Source of the DNA: Diplonema japonicum
Lineage: Eukaryota > Protista > Euglenozoa: Diplonemea
DNA: 64,000 nt
Assembly (NCBI GenBank): GCA_964019335.1
Contig: OZ025748.1
Span: forward strand, 62,001-126,000
Reading direction: 5' to 3'
In this document: positions 10,481 through 21,774 of the stretch, in pieces
Layout of the letters: every line of letters begins with the position of its first letter
Numbering within the stretch: the stretch's first letter is position 1
Translations under genes and position numbers: made by a program
The notes under the pieces: generated by a model
The model's database searches: none
What the model saw: only the letters and a program-made list of their open reading frames with translations
Told to the model about the DNA's origin: nothing

Positions 10481-12337
10481 TAAGTACCAGGAGCTTGGTC
10501 ACTTTCGTACGCGGATGACGTGTACCTCCTGGCGCGTTTAGCGGAGGTCCTGACAAGGGCGACCAACAAGGTGATCGAGTTCGGGGACCGGACAGAGATG
10601 CGCCTCAACGGAAAGAAGTCGCAGGGATTCTCGACGAAAAACGAGATCGGCCCAGTTTAGTTTAGTATGCACCGGTTCCTCGTTCAAGGTAGCTAGGGAG
10701 ATCAAATCACTTGGCGTGAACCTGAGCATGGATGGGAATCACAGGCTGGACAAGCTGGACGCAGCGGAGGGACGCCTGACCCGTCTCGGAGCTTTGCCAC
10801 TAGGGTTTGAGAACAAGTCGACGATGTTGACGAGCACTGTGCTACCGTCGTGTCTGTACGGAGCGACGTATGCGGCACCCTCGGACGACCAGCTGAAGAA
10901 GATGTGTACAGCGGCAGTGGTCTCCCTGTGGGGGCCCCAGTTCGGGATGAGAAACCCCGTGTCTGTACTGAACGTTCTGCTGCCAGGGCATACGGCACAT
11001 CCGCTGTCGAAGGTCATCTACGGAACGATAAACAGCTTGGTCCGGGAGAGCCTGGCCTCTCCGCGTTTGCGGCAGCGTGTTGGTGAGATCATTGGTCTAT
11101 ACCAGGACCGTGATGACGATGAGGTGATGGGTCCGATTGGAGTCCTGCGGAACAGATGGCTCCCCTTTCTGGGGAAGGGATGGTCCTTTGTGGCCGACCT
11201 GCACGGAGATACAGCGGTGGCTCACAAAGTGAGGCAAGCCATCAGACCGGCAGTTGCGAAGAGGCTGATCGAGAAGAGATCAACCTTCGTGGGGATGGAG
11301 GCAGGGGCGTGCCCGTCCACGAACTATTGGTGGAAAAAGCTCCAGGCCCGGAGACCGTTGGTGTCCTTTAGGTTGCGGCGCATCATTAGTGGTGCAGTGT
11401 TCACGACTCACCCGAGGGTGTGGGGGAGAAAATTGGATGGCCCTGGTGTGGAAAACCCAGCATTAGCGTGTGACGTTTGCGACCACCGGTCCCAGACAAC
11501 GACCAGCATGACGGAGCATGCACTGTGGGAGTGCGAGCCGGCAAGGAGTGTGTTGGAAAGCGAGCAATACGCAGAGGTGAAGCGAGAAGGCCTCCCAGCT
11601 GCCACAGCCCTTCACGGGATAGTCCCAAGAGGAGCCGACAAAGCAGGGAAAGAACGTGCCAGGATGGTGCAACAATACCTCCTGAAAGTAGTGACGGTCC
11701 GTGACGCCAGAGCAGCGGAAAAAAGCAAGAGAGTGCTCACCTCCAACCCTTGGGATGAGGTAACGACAGGGAGGCAACATGATGTTCCGACGGAAGCGTT
11801 GCTGAAGGCGAACGGGGCGTCAGGCGCGGTCCTGACCTTTCATTTGAAGAACGTCCTCAAGTGGCTAAGAGGCCTACGATGGTACGATGGTAAGAAGAAA
11901 ACTTCCGTCACTACAATGGAACTCGCCATAGACTATGAGCAGACCACCCGCCGGTCACTCATAGGTCCCCTCGACGATCAAGACCTGCTCACGGAGAAGG
12001 CCGCAAGGATGCGATACATCTTGGGTCGCATCCAGAAATGCTCAGCACGCTGTGGAAGGTCAGCCTTCCCCGCCAACGCCAAATCAAGGGTGCATACCCT
12101 TCGACATCTTGGGGGCCCGACGGCACACGGCTACGACAGGAGACCACTCTTCTCCTCGAGCCAAACCCCCCCCTACCTAGCACGACTCCAAGCAATGTTT
12201 CTCGCCCAGATGCCGTCCATCTCATCGCGACAAACAGCCACCGCAGGCACCAGACAGCAACCGCAGAACGGTGACCGATTAGTGTGAATTTCTACCTGAA
12301 CAGTGAGCACCCCCATGCACACTGAAATTTTATCGAG
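10481..12337 (+). mobile_element. 5'-truncated non-LTR retrotransposon (RT C-terminal part, zinc knuckle, C-terminal domain)
   Basis: YADD at 10508-10519 (SLSYADDVYLL), then LNGKKS; a stop/frameshift near 10656-10665; then KSLGV and the 10716-12287 ORF with CDVC..EHALWEC. T-runs on both sides. Confidence 0.85.
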
Positions 12338-12435
12338 TTTTTTTTTTTTTTTTTTTTTTCCCTCCATTCCCCCTTGACCTTTAAAAAAAAAAACACACAG
12401 ACACACCAAAGGACAAAAAAAAAAAAAAAAAAAAA

Positions 12436-13176
12436 ATGACAGCGATCGATTTCGCAATGGCGTATGCCGAATGCTTAGAAGAAGCTCTGCAAGTGGAAAC
12501 CGGTGAAAAAATCGAAACAGAAGCAGAGAAGGAATTCAGAAGAGTTTGGAGGCCCCTATCTTCAATTGAAAAAAGAGATGAACAAGAGGGAGAGACAACG
12601 GTAATAGAAGAGTTCATAAACAAAGAAGAAGAGGACAAGCTCCTCAGAATTCTGGAACAAGGGGAGTGGGTCGAGCTGGTGAAGAGACGGCTGCAAAACT
12701 GGGGCGGCTACCCACACCCAGACGGCATGGCTGAAGAAGGCCTACCGGACTGGTTGAAGATGCTCGCAGAAAGAATAGAGAACATCTTTCCCTATTGGAA
12801 CAACAAGCATATCAACCAGGCCCTTATCAATGAATACACACACGGCCAAGGCATCGCACCGCACAAGGACGGCCCGAACTACACACCTTACGCTTCGATA
12901 CTCTCTCTCTCCTCAGCCGCCGTCATCTCCTTTGCCGGAGGGATGTTCCCTACGACCCTCCCCCTTCCCCCTCGGTCTCTCTGTGCGTTCGCAGGATCTT
13001 TTTACCAAGACTACACCCACGAGATACCCGTCAGGCCACACGATGCGGCAGTACGGTACTCGATCACCTTGCGACACGCGGTCACAACCGACAGAGTAAA
13101 CAGCTGGACGGCTGTGGGACGGGAAGAACTTAAATCCCGAAAAGACGGGTGGATCCGCTCTGTGACGGACAAGTAA
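12436..13176 (+). CDS. ALKBH6: AlkB-family 2OG-Fe(II) dioxygenase, ALKBH6-like
   Basis: RRLQNWGG.PHP.GM..E.LP.WL; NEY..GQGI.PHKDGP.Y; HEI; RYSITLR. Confidence 0.85.
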   Translation: MTAIDFAMAYAECLEEALQVETGEKIETEAEKEFRRVWRPLSSIEKRDEQEGETTVIEEFINKEEEDKLLRILEQGEWVELVKRRLQNWGGYPHPDGMAEEGLPDWLKMLAERIENIFPYWNNKHINQALINEYTHGQGIAPHKDGPNYTPYASILSLSSAAVISFAGGMFPTTLPLPPRSLCAFAGSFYQDYTHEIPVRPHDAAVRYSITLRHAVTTDRVNSWTAVGREELKSRKDGWIRSVTDK

Positions 13177-13242
13177 ACCTTTTTTTTTTTTTTCCCCCCC
13201 CAAAAAAAAAAGAAGAAAGGGGAAAAAAAAAAAAAAAAAGAA

Positions 13243-14130
13243 ATGTCTGGATTATCGGACACGATAGTCGCAAGTGCGGCTGCAGGTGTGATGGCAAGGG
13301 TGCCGTGCCATCCGTTGGACACTTGCAAGGCAAGGTTGCAGAGCTCGAGGACCATGGGCGACATGTGGACGGGGCAAATGATGCGCCACATTTTACACGA
13401 GGAAGGGGTACGGGGTCTGTACAGGGGCATCGGCATCGCCGCTGTCGGGAGCGGGCCTGCTGCATGCGCGTACCTGTCGACGCACGAGTGGTTCAACACC
13501 CTGTTAAGGGAGAGACAATGGGTTGCGGAGGAGCGCCGGTTTGTATCGGACTTCATCTCAGGCTTCGCAGCGGAAGCCGTCTCCTGCGTCATGTGGGTTC
13601 CCATAGACGTCATCAAGGAGAGGCTGCAGGTGCAGGACATCAACGTGAAGGGAAGGTACACCGGTTCGTGGGACGCCATCAAAACGGTGTCCCGTAACGA
13701 GGGCCTTGGAGGGCTTTACAAAGGATACCTTTCGACCCTTGGCAGCTTCGGGCCTTTCTCCGCGTTCTACTTTGTGTTCTACGAGCAGCTGAAGAACCTG
13801 TTCCTTGCGGAGAACAGCGCTTCGCGTACCGTATCCTTCACACAGGGCCTTTTTTGCGGTGGTACCGCCTCTGCCCTAGCCGCCGCCGTGACGAACCCTC
13901 TGGACATGGTTAAGCTGCGGCTGCAGGTCCAACGGTCGGTGTTGTCGTCAGGTGTCTCCACGCAGTTCTCGTACCACTACCGGTCGCTCCCCTCCGGTCT
14001 CGCCAGCATCGTTCGCGATGAAGGGGTCAGGGCGTTGTGGAAAGGCGTAGGTGCGAGAATCTTATTCGCAGGCCCGCAGGCCGCGCTCACCATGTCCATT
14101 TTCGAGGCGATAAAAATGCAGCTTCTTTGA
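13243..14130 (+). CDS. Mitochondrial carrier (SLC25) protein
   Basis: Three PxDxxKxRLQ signatures (PLDTCKARLQ, PIDVIKERLQ, PLDMVKLRLQ) and EG..GLY/WKG motifs. Confidence 0.95.
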   Translation: MSGLSDTIVASAAAGVMARVPCHPLDTCKARLQSSRTMGDMWTGQMMRHILHEEGVRGLYRGIGIAAVGSGPAACAYLSTHEWFNTLLRERQWVAEERRFVSDFISGFAAEAVSCVMWVPIDVIKERLQVQDINVKGRYTGSWDAIKTVSRNEGLGGLYKGYLSTLGSFGPFSAFYFVFYEQLKNLFLAENSASRTVSFTQGLFCGGTASALAAAVTNPLDMVKLRLQVQRSVLSSGVSTQFSYHYRSLPSGLASIVRDEGVRALWKGVGARILFAGPQAALTMSIFEAIKMQLL

Positions 14131-14132
14131 GG

Positions 14133-14187
<55 letters not shown>

Positions 14188-14470
14188 CTCACTACTAGAA
14201 AACGCAGAATTAGAAAAGCCGCTGGCCCTCCTTTATCTCTTATATTCTTTTGTAAAATGAAGTGACCCCCCCCCCCCCCCCCCCCGCCCCACGCTCTCTC
14301 CAACATCTTAATCAAAAGAAAAAAAAAACAAACAGGAAAAGAGGTGGAGGAGAAGAAGGGTACAGAGGGGGGAGGGGGGGAGGGGAGAGACTAAAAAAAA
14401 AAAAAGAGGGAAGAAAAAGAAAAAAGAAAAAGAAAAAGGGGAGTAAAGAAGAAAAAACCACAAAAAACAA

Positions 14471-16645
14471 ATGGAAAACCTTGCAGGACAATACCTAAGA
14501 GTGCACGAATGGCCCGTAAAATACACCTTGGCAGCGGCAGGGGTCGCGACATGTTGGTACGCAACACGCATTATTTCCGAGAAACAAGAGAGGATCGAAG
14601 AAGAGGCACACTGTGAGGGCATGATAGAGCTGAACGAAATGCAGGTGGACACCCTGTACAGATTGTGGTGCGGTGGGAAACGAGAAGGCGGGATGGAGAC
14701 CATCCTCCACAATAAACTAACAGAAGAGATTGAGGAGGCCCTTACTCTCCGCGACACTGTCAAAGTAATGGCCCTGCTCGAACAAGCAGCTCACGTCGGC
14801 GCAGACGAGCGAACACTGTCAATACGCTGCAACGAATCGATAATGATGTGGAGAACAGAGCGACGGCAAGCATTTGTATCATTGCTCAACTATGCAAAAC
14901 CACGTGCGGAGGTGGTAGTAATTGTCAGCATTCTTAACGCAGCAAGGCCTATGCTGTGGGACTTCGCGAGGTCGCGGGAAAAACAACTAACAAAATCTGC
15001 AAAGGAAGCCGATGCGGTTACATTCTCCAGCGTGGCCGCAAGCTATTTATGCGTTGCGTTGTGCGACACGTTCTTCTCGTTCCTGATATCGTTGCTGAAG
15101 AGAGAAGAGGTCGAACATTTTGCAGATCGTGTGAAGAAACGTCTTATCAAGCATCTCCTCACCCTCGACCAATCATTCTACGATAGCAATGTGACGGAAC
15201 TGGCGGAGCTTCAAGCAGACGTTATGAAACTTCGTTACCTCGTGACAGACAGGTTCTTTCAGGTCATCCGCTTCAGCTTTGTGTCGGCACATGCGTTGTA
15301 CCAAGCATTCTCCTCTCCAGGACAAGCTTTGATATCATTGTGCTGTTTTTCATGCGTTCCTTTACTTATAACCGTTCGGTCGAGGCTTAACGAGGCTGAG
15401 GCGTACATAGATGGGAGAACCCATACGAGGGTTTCAAGAAAAGCTGGATCGTTGATGAAGAAACCATCAACAACGACTGTCCCGTCGCTTGTGTCGAGGC
15501 TGGCGTTCGTTCGAGCGGCAACCGCGGAGGACCAGGAAATGTACCAGATTTTAAAGGAGGAGGAGGCATCGCTTGCAGACTCGATGATCACGCAGACGAT
15601 AGGAAGCAGGCTTCTTGAAGCACTTCGCGGGACAATTATCCCGAACGCGCTGGTCTTGGCTTTGTCATCAGTGGGCCACTGTGTGGTCCAGTGGGATTTG
15701 CTAAACACCTCCACAATCGCAAGAACGGTCGACACCGCCATCGAAGCCTTTGAAAACACAAATGCTCTGTATGAAGAACTTCAAGATCTGACAGAAGCCG
15801 ATTACACAGTAAGGCTCATGTCTGTTTTAAACGCAAAGCCAACGATAGATGTGTTGCCCGCGACTGTTCTCCCCGTCACGTTGAGATCGTTCGATCTGAG
15901 GGTTGAGAATATAAGCTTCGCGTACCCCACGAACCCGGTGAAGAAGGTTTTGAACCGAGTTTCGTTCTCACTTCCTTTAGGATCACGTCTCGCTGTGGTC
16001 GGACGATCTGGGTCCGGAAAATCCAGCCTTGCTTCTTTATTAATTCGTCTTTATGACCCTTCTGAAGGAGGTGTTTACATTTCAACCTCCAACATCAAAA
16101 CCCTTAACGTCCGGTGGGTTCGAAGCAAGATTGTCACTGTTCCACAGGGTGCAACTCTTCATCAGGAAACGATCCTAGAAGCGCTGCTGTATGGTGTTCC
16201 GGAAGCCGGGCGGAGGCGTACTGATGTGGAGAGGGTTTGCAAACAGCTCGGCCTGCACGAACTGATCACTGGCTTCAAACAAGGTTATAACACAAAACTC
16301 ACCACGGGCGGGGTTCAGTTCTCAGGAGGGCAGGCGCAGCGTATCGCCATTGCAAGGGCGCTCCTTTCAAAACCCACTATCTTGGTTCTTGATGAAGCCA
16401 CCAACGGTCTGGATATTCCGACTGAGCGCCAAGTCATATCGACCATCCTGGCAGAGCTGGGCCCAGCCTCTTCGCTGATTCTTGTGGCGCACCGACCGAG
16501 CACGGTAGGATATTGTGACAGAGCCTTGTGTATGTCAGAAGGAAGCGTTGTTGAAGAGGGCCAGCTCCCTGACGTTATGAATGACCCGTCGAGCCACACG
16601 TACCGCTTGTTCAGAGAGAATGCTGTTCTGCAAGAAGCGCTGTAG
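14471..16645 (+). CDS. ABC transporter B-family half transporter
   Basis: TMD with LDQSFYD; Walker A GRSGSGKS, Q-loop VPQ, signature FSGGQAQR, Walker B ILVLDEAT, H-loop VAHR. Confidence 0.9.
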   Translation: MENLAGQYLRVHEWPVKYTLAAAGVATCWYATRIISEKQERIEEEAHCEGMIELNEMQVDTLYRLWCGGKREGGMETILHNKLTEEIEEALTLRDTVKVMALLEQAAHVGADERTLSIRCNESIMMWRTERRQAFVSLLNYAKPRAEVVVIVSILNAARPMLWDFARSREKQLTKSAKEADAVTFSSVAASYLCVALCDTFFSFLISLLKREEVEHFADRVKKRLIKHLLTLDQSFYDSNVTELAELQADVMKLRYLVTDRFFQVIRFSFVSAHALYQAFSSPGQALISLCCFSCVPLLITVRSRLNEAEAYIDGRTHTRVSRKAGSLMKKPSTTTVPSLVSRLAFVRAATAEDQEMYQILKEEEASLADSMITQTIGSRLLEALRGTIIPNALVLALSSVGHCVVQWDLLNTSTIARTVDTAIEAFENTNALYEELQDLTEADYTVRLMSVLNAKPTIDVLPATVLPVTLRSFDLRVENISFAYPTNPVKKVLNRVSFSLPLGSRLAVVGRSGSGKSSLASLLIRLYDPSEGGVYISTSNIKTLNVRWVRSKIVTVPQGATLHQETILEALLYGVPEAGRRRTDVERVCKQLGLHELITGFKQGYNTKLTTGGVQFSGGQAQRIAIARALLSKPTILVLDEATNGLDIPTERQVISTILAELGPASSLILVAHRPSTVGYCDRALCMSEGSVVEEGQLPDVMNDPSSHTYRLFRENAVLQEAL

Positions 16646-16660
16646 TTTTTTTTTATAACC

Positions 16661-16705
<45 letters not shown>

Positions 16706-17034
16706 ATATTGATACACCATACTTTAAAAAAAAAAAACTGGAGGGAAGACGGGGGGGGGGGGGGGGGATACTTGTTCTTTTATTGTGGTAAAAAAAAAGG
16801 GGGGGAAACTTCCGGCCCCCTCCCGTTTTTTTTTTGTAATCCCCCTACGGGGGGATTCAAGTATGATACATGCGATTTCTTTCTTTTTCTTTTTTTTTTC
16901 CCCTTCTTCTTGCGTTGCTCTCCTGGATTGCGCTTTTTCTTTTCCTCTTTATGTTAATGTTCCTTTTTTTTTTTTTTTTTTTTTTCCTCTAAAACGAAAG
17001 TGGGGTGCACAAAAAATGTTTCTTTTTTTTTTTG

Positions 17035-17065
<31 letters not shown>

Positions 17066-17176
17066 TTTCCTTGGGAAAGGTCGGGTGATGGGGATATATT
17101 TCAAGAAGAAAAAAAAAGAAGAAGAACAACAGTTTTTGACAAAAAAAATACTTCTTTTTTTCTTCTTTCTTTTAAG

Positions 17177-17555
17177 CTGCACGAGCGCAGAATCTTGGTT
17201 ACCCTGGGGCGCCCCGGCTAGGGTTGAGTTGCACACTGCACGCATTAAGGACACGACGCGGAACGCAGAAGAAGGTGCGGCCCCTGTAATAAAGTAGACT
17301 GCATCTGTAGTTGCTTGTACACAAGGCGGGGTTAAACAACCAAAGTCATTCTTCTTCATCTTTTTTTTTTTCCCTTCCTTTTTTTATATATTTCACTGAA
17401 GGCCGCGCAACACCACTTCACATTCATGTATATTGCGAAAAATCGTAAAAGAGAAAAACTACAAATACGAAACACGGATTTGTCGATTTTCTCTTTCTTC
17501 TTTTTTCTCTTGCCTCAATATTCACTCCAACTTGTTGTACCCCTATCTGTTTTCC

Positions 17556-17586
<31 letters not shown>

Positions 17587-18208
17587 GGATCTTCCAGCGC
17601 AAAATTTGAATGAGAACTGACTGGGTGAAAGTTGGAACAAAAAGAAAAAAAAAAAAGGGGGGGAGGGGAAAAAAAAAAAGCTACTTATTTATCGTCAAAT
17701 GATCATTACCTAAGCAGTTTTTTTTTCTTTTTTTCTTCTTCTTTTTTTTGTTGAAAACGCAAACACAGGTAAGCAAATCATAAATAAATCATAAGGTTCC
17801 TGAATTTCAACACACCTTTCATTATGAAAAACCAGTTTGGTGGATTCGGTCACCTGTAATAAAGAAAAGTTTACCCAAATTCACGAATCCGTGTGTTGTA
17901 GTTTTTTTTTTTCTTTTTTTTTTTTTTTTTTAGGTGTAGGTGGTGGGGATAACATGGAAATATAAGAAGTACATCAGATGTGTTGTTCGCTGTTGACCTC
18001 CTCGTCGGTCATCACCGGTAGCGCCCGAGTGGAAGAACGTAACGCAGATGCTCAGGGTGACGAACAGGCAGCAAACTGCACGAGCGCAGAATCTTGGTTA
18101 CCCGGGACGCCCCGGCTAGGGTTGAGCACACCGCATGCATTAAGGACACGACGCGGAACGCAGAAGAAGCTACTGCTCGGCCGAGGAGCGCCCCCTGTAA
18201 TCAAGTAG
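17177..18208 (+). repeat. Diverged ~120-130 bp direct repeat pair (17177-17297 and 18076-18208)
   Basis: Shared ctgcacgagcgcagaatcttggttacc...gcattaaggacacgacgcggaacgcagaagaag...cccctgtaat.aagtag. Confidence 0.85.
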
Positions 18209-18946
18209 GTAGTTTGTGCTTCGTTGCACGCTTAACGCCACCTAGTGTTTGCAATCAAAGCCCCATTTTTTTTTTCTTAAAGTCGCTCACGTTCTTCTTT
18301 TTTTTTGTTTTTTTTTTGTTTTGTTTTCTTCTTAAATTAAACAAGTATTATTCAGTTTTCTTGTAAGATCTATAAAAAAAAAAAAAAAAATAGTGGGTAA
18401 CTTTGCAGTGCTTATCCAGGAATTCGCACCGCGCGCACTAGCAAAAAATATTCTTTGCGTCGGGGGAGGGGAGGGGGGGGGGGGGGTACTGTAAATTACT
18501 CTTACACCCAGGGCGCAATAGTTGCATGGGCATAATAATCCCCTCATGACAATTTTTTAGTCAGCCATTCTTTTTTTTTGTCGCTAGGATTTGTTCTTTG
18601 ATGCAAACAGGGGGGGGAAGGGGGGGTAAAAAAACTTTTTTTTGAAACACAAAACCCGGATAGCAGAGCCCTGAACTCTTCTTTCTTCGACTACCCTCCC
18701 TCTCAGTGTTAGGGTAAAGGAAGATTGATTTTCCACCCTATCTTCCCCCCCCTCCCCCCTTTTTTTTGAAAACAAAAAAAAAAACCATTTACAGCCACAC
18801 GTCACATATTCTCTTTTTCCTCTCGTGTTGCATTCTTGCACAGTTTCTTTTTTTTTTCTTTTTTTTTTTTTTTTTCTGTTCTGTTCTTCTTTCAATACGC
18901 GTATTTCTTTTTAAAGAAAACCAAAAAAAAAAAAAAAAAAAAAAAA

Positions 18947-20446
18947 ATGCGATTCGCCTCCATAGCAGAAGCAATGCTGTTGAACAGCAAGCTAATAGGT
19001 GAAAAGATAGCAATTCGATGCGAGGTGACTAAGACGAAGCTCACCCACAAGGAACTTTACGAAAGAAGCTTGCAGCTGGGCACCGGGTTACAAAAAGCAG
19101 GAGCAGGCCGAGGAGAACGGATCGCCGTCCTGGGGGGCAACAACATAAGGCACATCGAAGTCATGGCTGCTGCGGCAATGACAGGAACGACTGTTGTTCC
19201 TATAAACCCCGCTCTGGAGAAGGAAGAAGTACACTCGATTCTTAACGAGGTGAACCCGAAGATCATTGTCGACACAAAAGGCGACAACAACCAAATAGAC
19301 TCGAAAAAATGGAAAATTATCACATACTCCGACTATGAGAAAACACTTTTCGCACCGACCCCCGCCACACAGTTCGCACCTGTTCCCGAAGAACTACCGT
19401 GGAACATTCTCTACACATCCGGGACCACCTCGGGCAAACCGAAGGGCGTCGTCCGTTCCCACGCTTCGGCCATTGCTGGGTTCCTCACCCACACCGGCCC
19501 ATTGCTGCTGGACGATCGAACTGTTGGGTTGGTCGCCTTCCCCCTTCACGGCGTCTCGTCTGTTTTCTTTTCGTTTTTGTACCTTTACATACAGGGCTCG
19601 ATGGTCATTGTAGATTTGCAAGGGACTTCCGGTGCTCCGGAAAACCTTTTGAACACGATCGGCGAACGCGGGGTAACATATCTAACTGTGAGCCCGGGCA
19701 TCATGACAGGCCTGCTTCGCAAGATCCAAAACCAAAAATCTGGTTTAAAAACCGTACTCCTGACAGGCTCCGCGTCCGACTCCAGTTTGAAGAACTCCGT
19801 AACACGTGGGTTCGGCGATGGGGTGAGGGTGTATGATGTGTACGGATCGACAGAAGCAGGGCTCATCACCATGCAGTCACCTGAAGACATGGACACCGAA
19901 AAGGACACTGTCGGTAAGGAGACCCCTGGAACACACCCTGTGAGAATCTTGGACGATGAGGGCGAAGAAGTTGCTGATGGAACCCCCGGTGCTGTCAGCG
20001 TGCGGACGCCCATGATGTTCACTAGGTATCTCCACGACCCTCCTGGGACGGACAGGGGTCTTGAGTACTTTCCGCAGGGCGATGTTGGTGTTCGCACCCC
20101 GTCGGGACACCTCCGTCTTCTAGGACGGGTGGACGACCTCCTCGTTCTGTCGTCAGGACACAACATCTACCCCATTGAGGTCGAGACGCTGCTACACCGT
20201 CATGTCCCTTGCCTCACTGCTTGTTATGTTATCGGGCTGCCGACCAACCACCACCCTGAGGTTGTCCTTGCAGTGTGTGCTGCTTCTGACCCGAAGCTCA
20301 CACCTGCGGTTGTTGCAGAAGCGATGCGCGAGGTGCCCGCTGGAAGGAAACCCGGGAAGTACATCGTGGTCGCTGACGACCATCCTCTGCCGAGGACCGC
20401 GAACGGGAAGGTGAGGAAGAACATGTTGCGGGAGTTGTTTGCGTGA
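18947..20446 (+). CDS. AMP-binding acyl-CoA synthetase/ligase
   Basis: YTSGTTSGKPKGV, YGSTEAG, GD.G, GR.DD, PRTANGKV. True ATG follows the A-run at 18947. Confidence 0.9.
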   Translation: MRFASIAEAMLLNSKLIGEKIAIRCEVTKTKLTHKELYERSLQLGTGLQKAGAGRGERIAVLGGNNIRHIEVMAAAAMTGTTVVPINPALEKEEVHSILNEVNPKIIVDTKGDNNQIDSKKWKIITYSDYEKTLFAPTPATQFAPVPEELPWNILYTSGTTSGKPKGVVRSHASAIAGFLTHTGPLLLDDRTVGLVAFPLHGVSSVFFSFLYLYIQGSMVIVDLQGTSGAPENLLNTIGERGVTYLTVSPGIMTGLLRKIQNQKSGLKTVLLTGSASDSSLKNSVTRGFGDGVRVYDVYGSTEAGLITMQSPEDMDTEKDTVGKETPGTHPVRILDDEGEEVADGTPGAVSVRTPMMFTRYLHDPPGTDRGLEYFPQGDVGVRTPSGHLRLLGRVDDLLVLSSGHNIYPIEVETLLHRHVPCLTACYVIGLPTNHHPEVVLAVCAASDPKLTPAVVAEAMREVPAGRKPGKYIVVADDHPLPRTANGKVRKNMLRELFA

Positions 20447-20596
20447 TGAATAAAAAGAAAAAAAAAAAAAAAAACCCACCACCACCCCCCCTCTATCTCT
20501 TTTTTTTTTTCTCTCTTTTTTTTTTTCTTTTCCTTTCTTCATATGTCAATACAGTACGGTGTGGGAGGGGGGAGAAAACTAAAAAAAAAAAAAAAA

Positions 20597-21271
20597 ATGC
20601 AACAACCCTACACCGTGTCGCAAGCTATTGTAGTGTTTGAACGGGATGAGTATGAAAGACGGTGTCAAAAGGCAATTGCGACAGGAGGCCCGGAACCAGA
20701 GGTAGTGCGAGCTTCCGAGGAGGAACACGTCAAGCTGTACGCAGGGGGTGGGGGGTGCTTGCCGGCAATCACGAAAATGGACAAGGACGGGCTGTCCATT
20801 CTGAAAGCCTGTAAACGGCTGGCACTAAGCAGTAATGCCATAGACAAAATAGGACCCGGTTTGGGGCTGATCCCGAACCTGGAAATCCTCAGTCTCGGAA
20901 GAAATAAGATAAAAAAACTGGAAAACCTCGACCTCCCCAACCTCAAACAGCTGTGGTTGTCTTACAACTTCATCGATCGCCTCAGCGGCCTTGACAAGCT
21001 TGCAAGGCTGACGACCCTTTACCTCTCTAACAACATGATCGACAAATGGGGTGAAATTGAACGGCTTGATGCGAACGAGCAACTCTCCGACCTCCTCCTT
21101 ATCAACAATAAGGTGCACACTGACATCGACAAAGGGACTGACGAGTCTCGTGCGGAGTACAGGCTTCAGGTCCTCGTGCGCTTGCCGCAGCTCACCAAAA
21201 TAGATGGGGAGCCTGTAGAGCCAGAGGAACGCGAAGCTGCGGAGGCACGCAAAACAACTGGCATGATGTGA
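20597..21271 (+). CDS. DNAL1: Outer-arm dynein light chain 1 (LRR)
   Basis: I.KMD..LS.L.AC..LALSSN.IDKI, LEILSLGRN.IKKLENLD, L.QLWLSYN.I, YR..V..RLP.L.KIDG. Confidence 0.88.
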   Translation: MQQPYTVSQAIVVFERDEYERRCQKAIATGGPEPEVVRASEEEHVKLYAGGGGCLPAITKMDKDGLSILKACKRLALSSNAIDKIGPGLGLIPNLEILSLGRNKIKKLENLDLPNLKQLWLSYNFIDRLSGLDKLARLTTLYLSNNMIDKWGEIERLDANEQLSDLLLINNKVHTDIDKGTDESRAEYRLQVLVRLPQLTKIDGEPVEPEEREAAEARKTTGMM

Positions 21272-21356
21272 TCTTCATTTTTTTTTTTTTTTCTAGAATC
21301 GCTTTTCTTCCCTCCCCCCCCCCCAGTTTTTTATCCCCGATCCAACAGCAATGTTG

Positions 21357-21389
<33 letters not shown>

Positions 21390-21677
21390 CTTTCAAAAAA
21401 AATGAGCTCATTCGGGAGGGGGGGGGGATGTAGCATTGGGTGGGCGCTTACAGCCTTTTTTTCAGTTGATAAAAGGTTTGATTTGGCTAAAGGCCAAGGG
21501 AAAAAAAAAAATCCAACGGCGTGGCATTTCTGACCAATGTACTTCTGCCGCAAAAAAAAGAAAAAAAAACACTTTTTTCCCCCCGGACAAGCTCATACCG
21601 TGGGGGGAGGGATGAACGAAACAAAAACAAAAACAAAAAAAAGGGGAAGAAAAAAAAAAAAAAAAAAAAAAAAAACC

Positions 21678-21734
21678 ATGACACAGCTATCTTTCAAATT
21701 AGTGCTCCTTGGGGAGAGTGCAGTGGGGGTATGG

Positions 21735-21774
<40 letters not shown>

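Noticed and set aside
9746-12337. One DIRS-like element combining the YR and RT
   Set aside because: The RT part has non-LTR features, its own T-run boundaries and independent copies; adjacency is probably coincidental.
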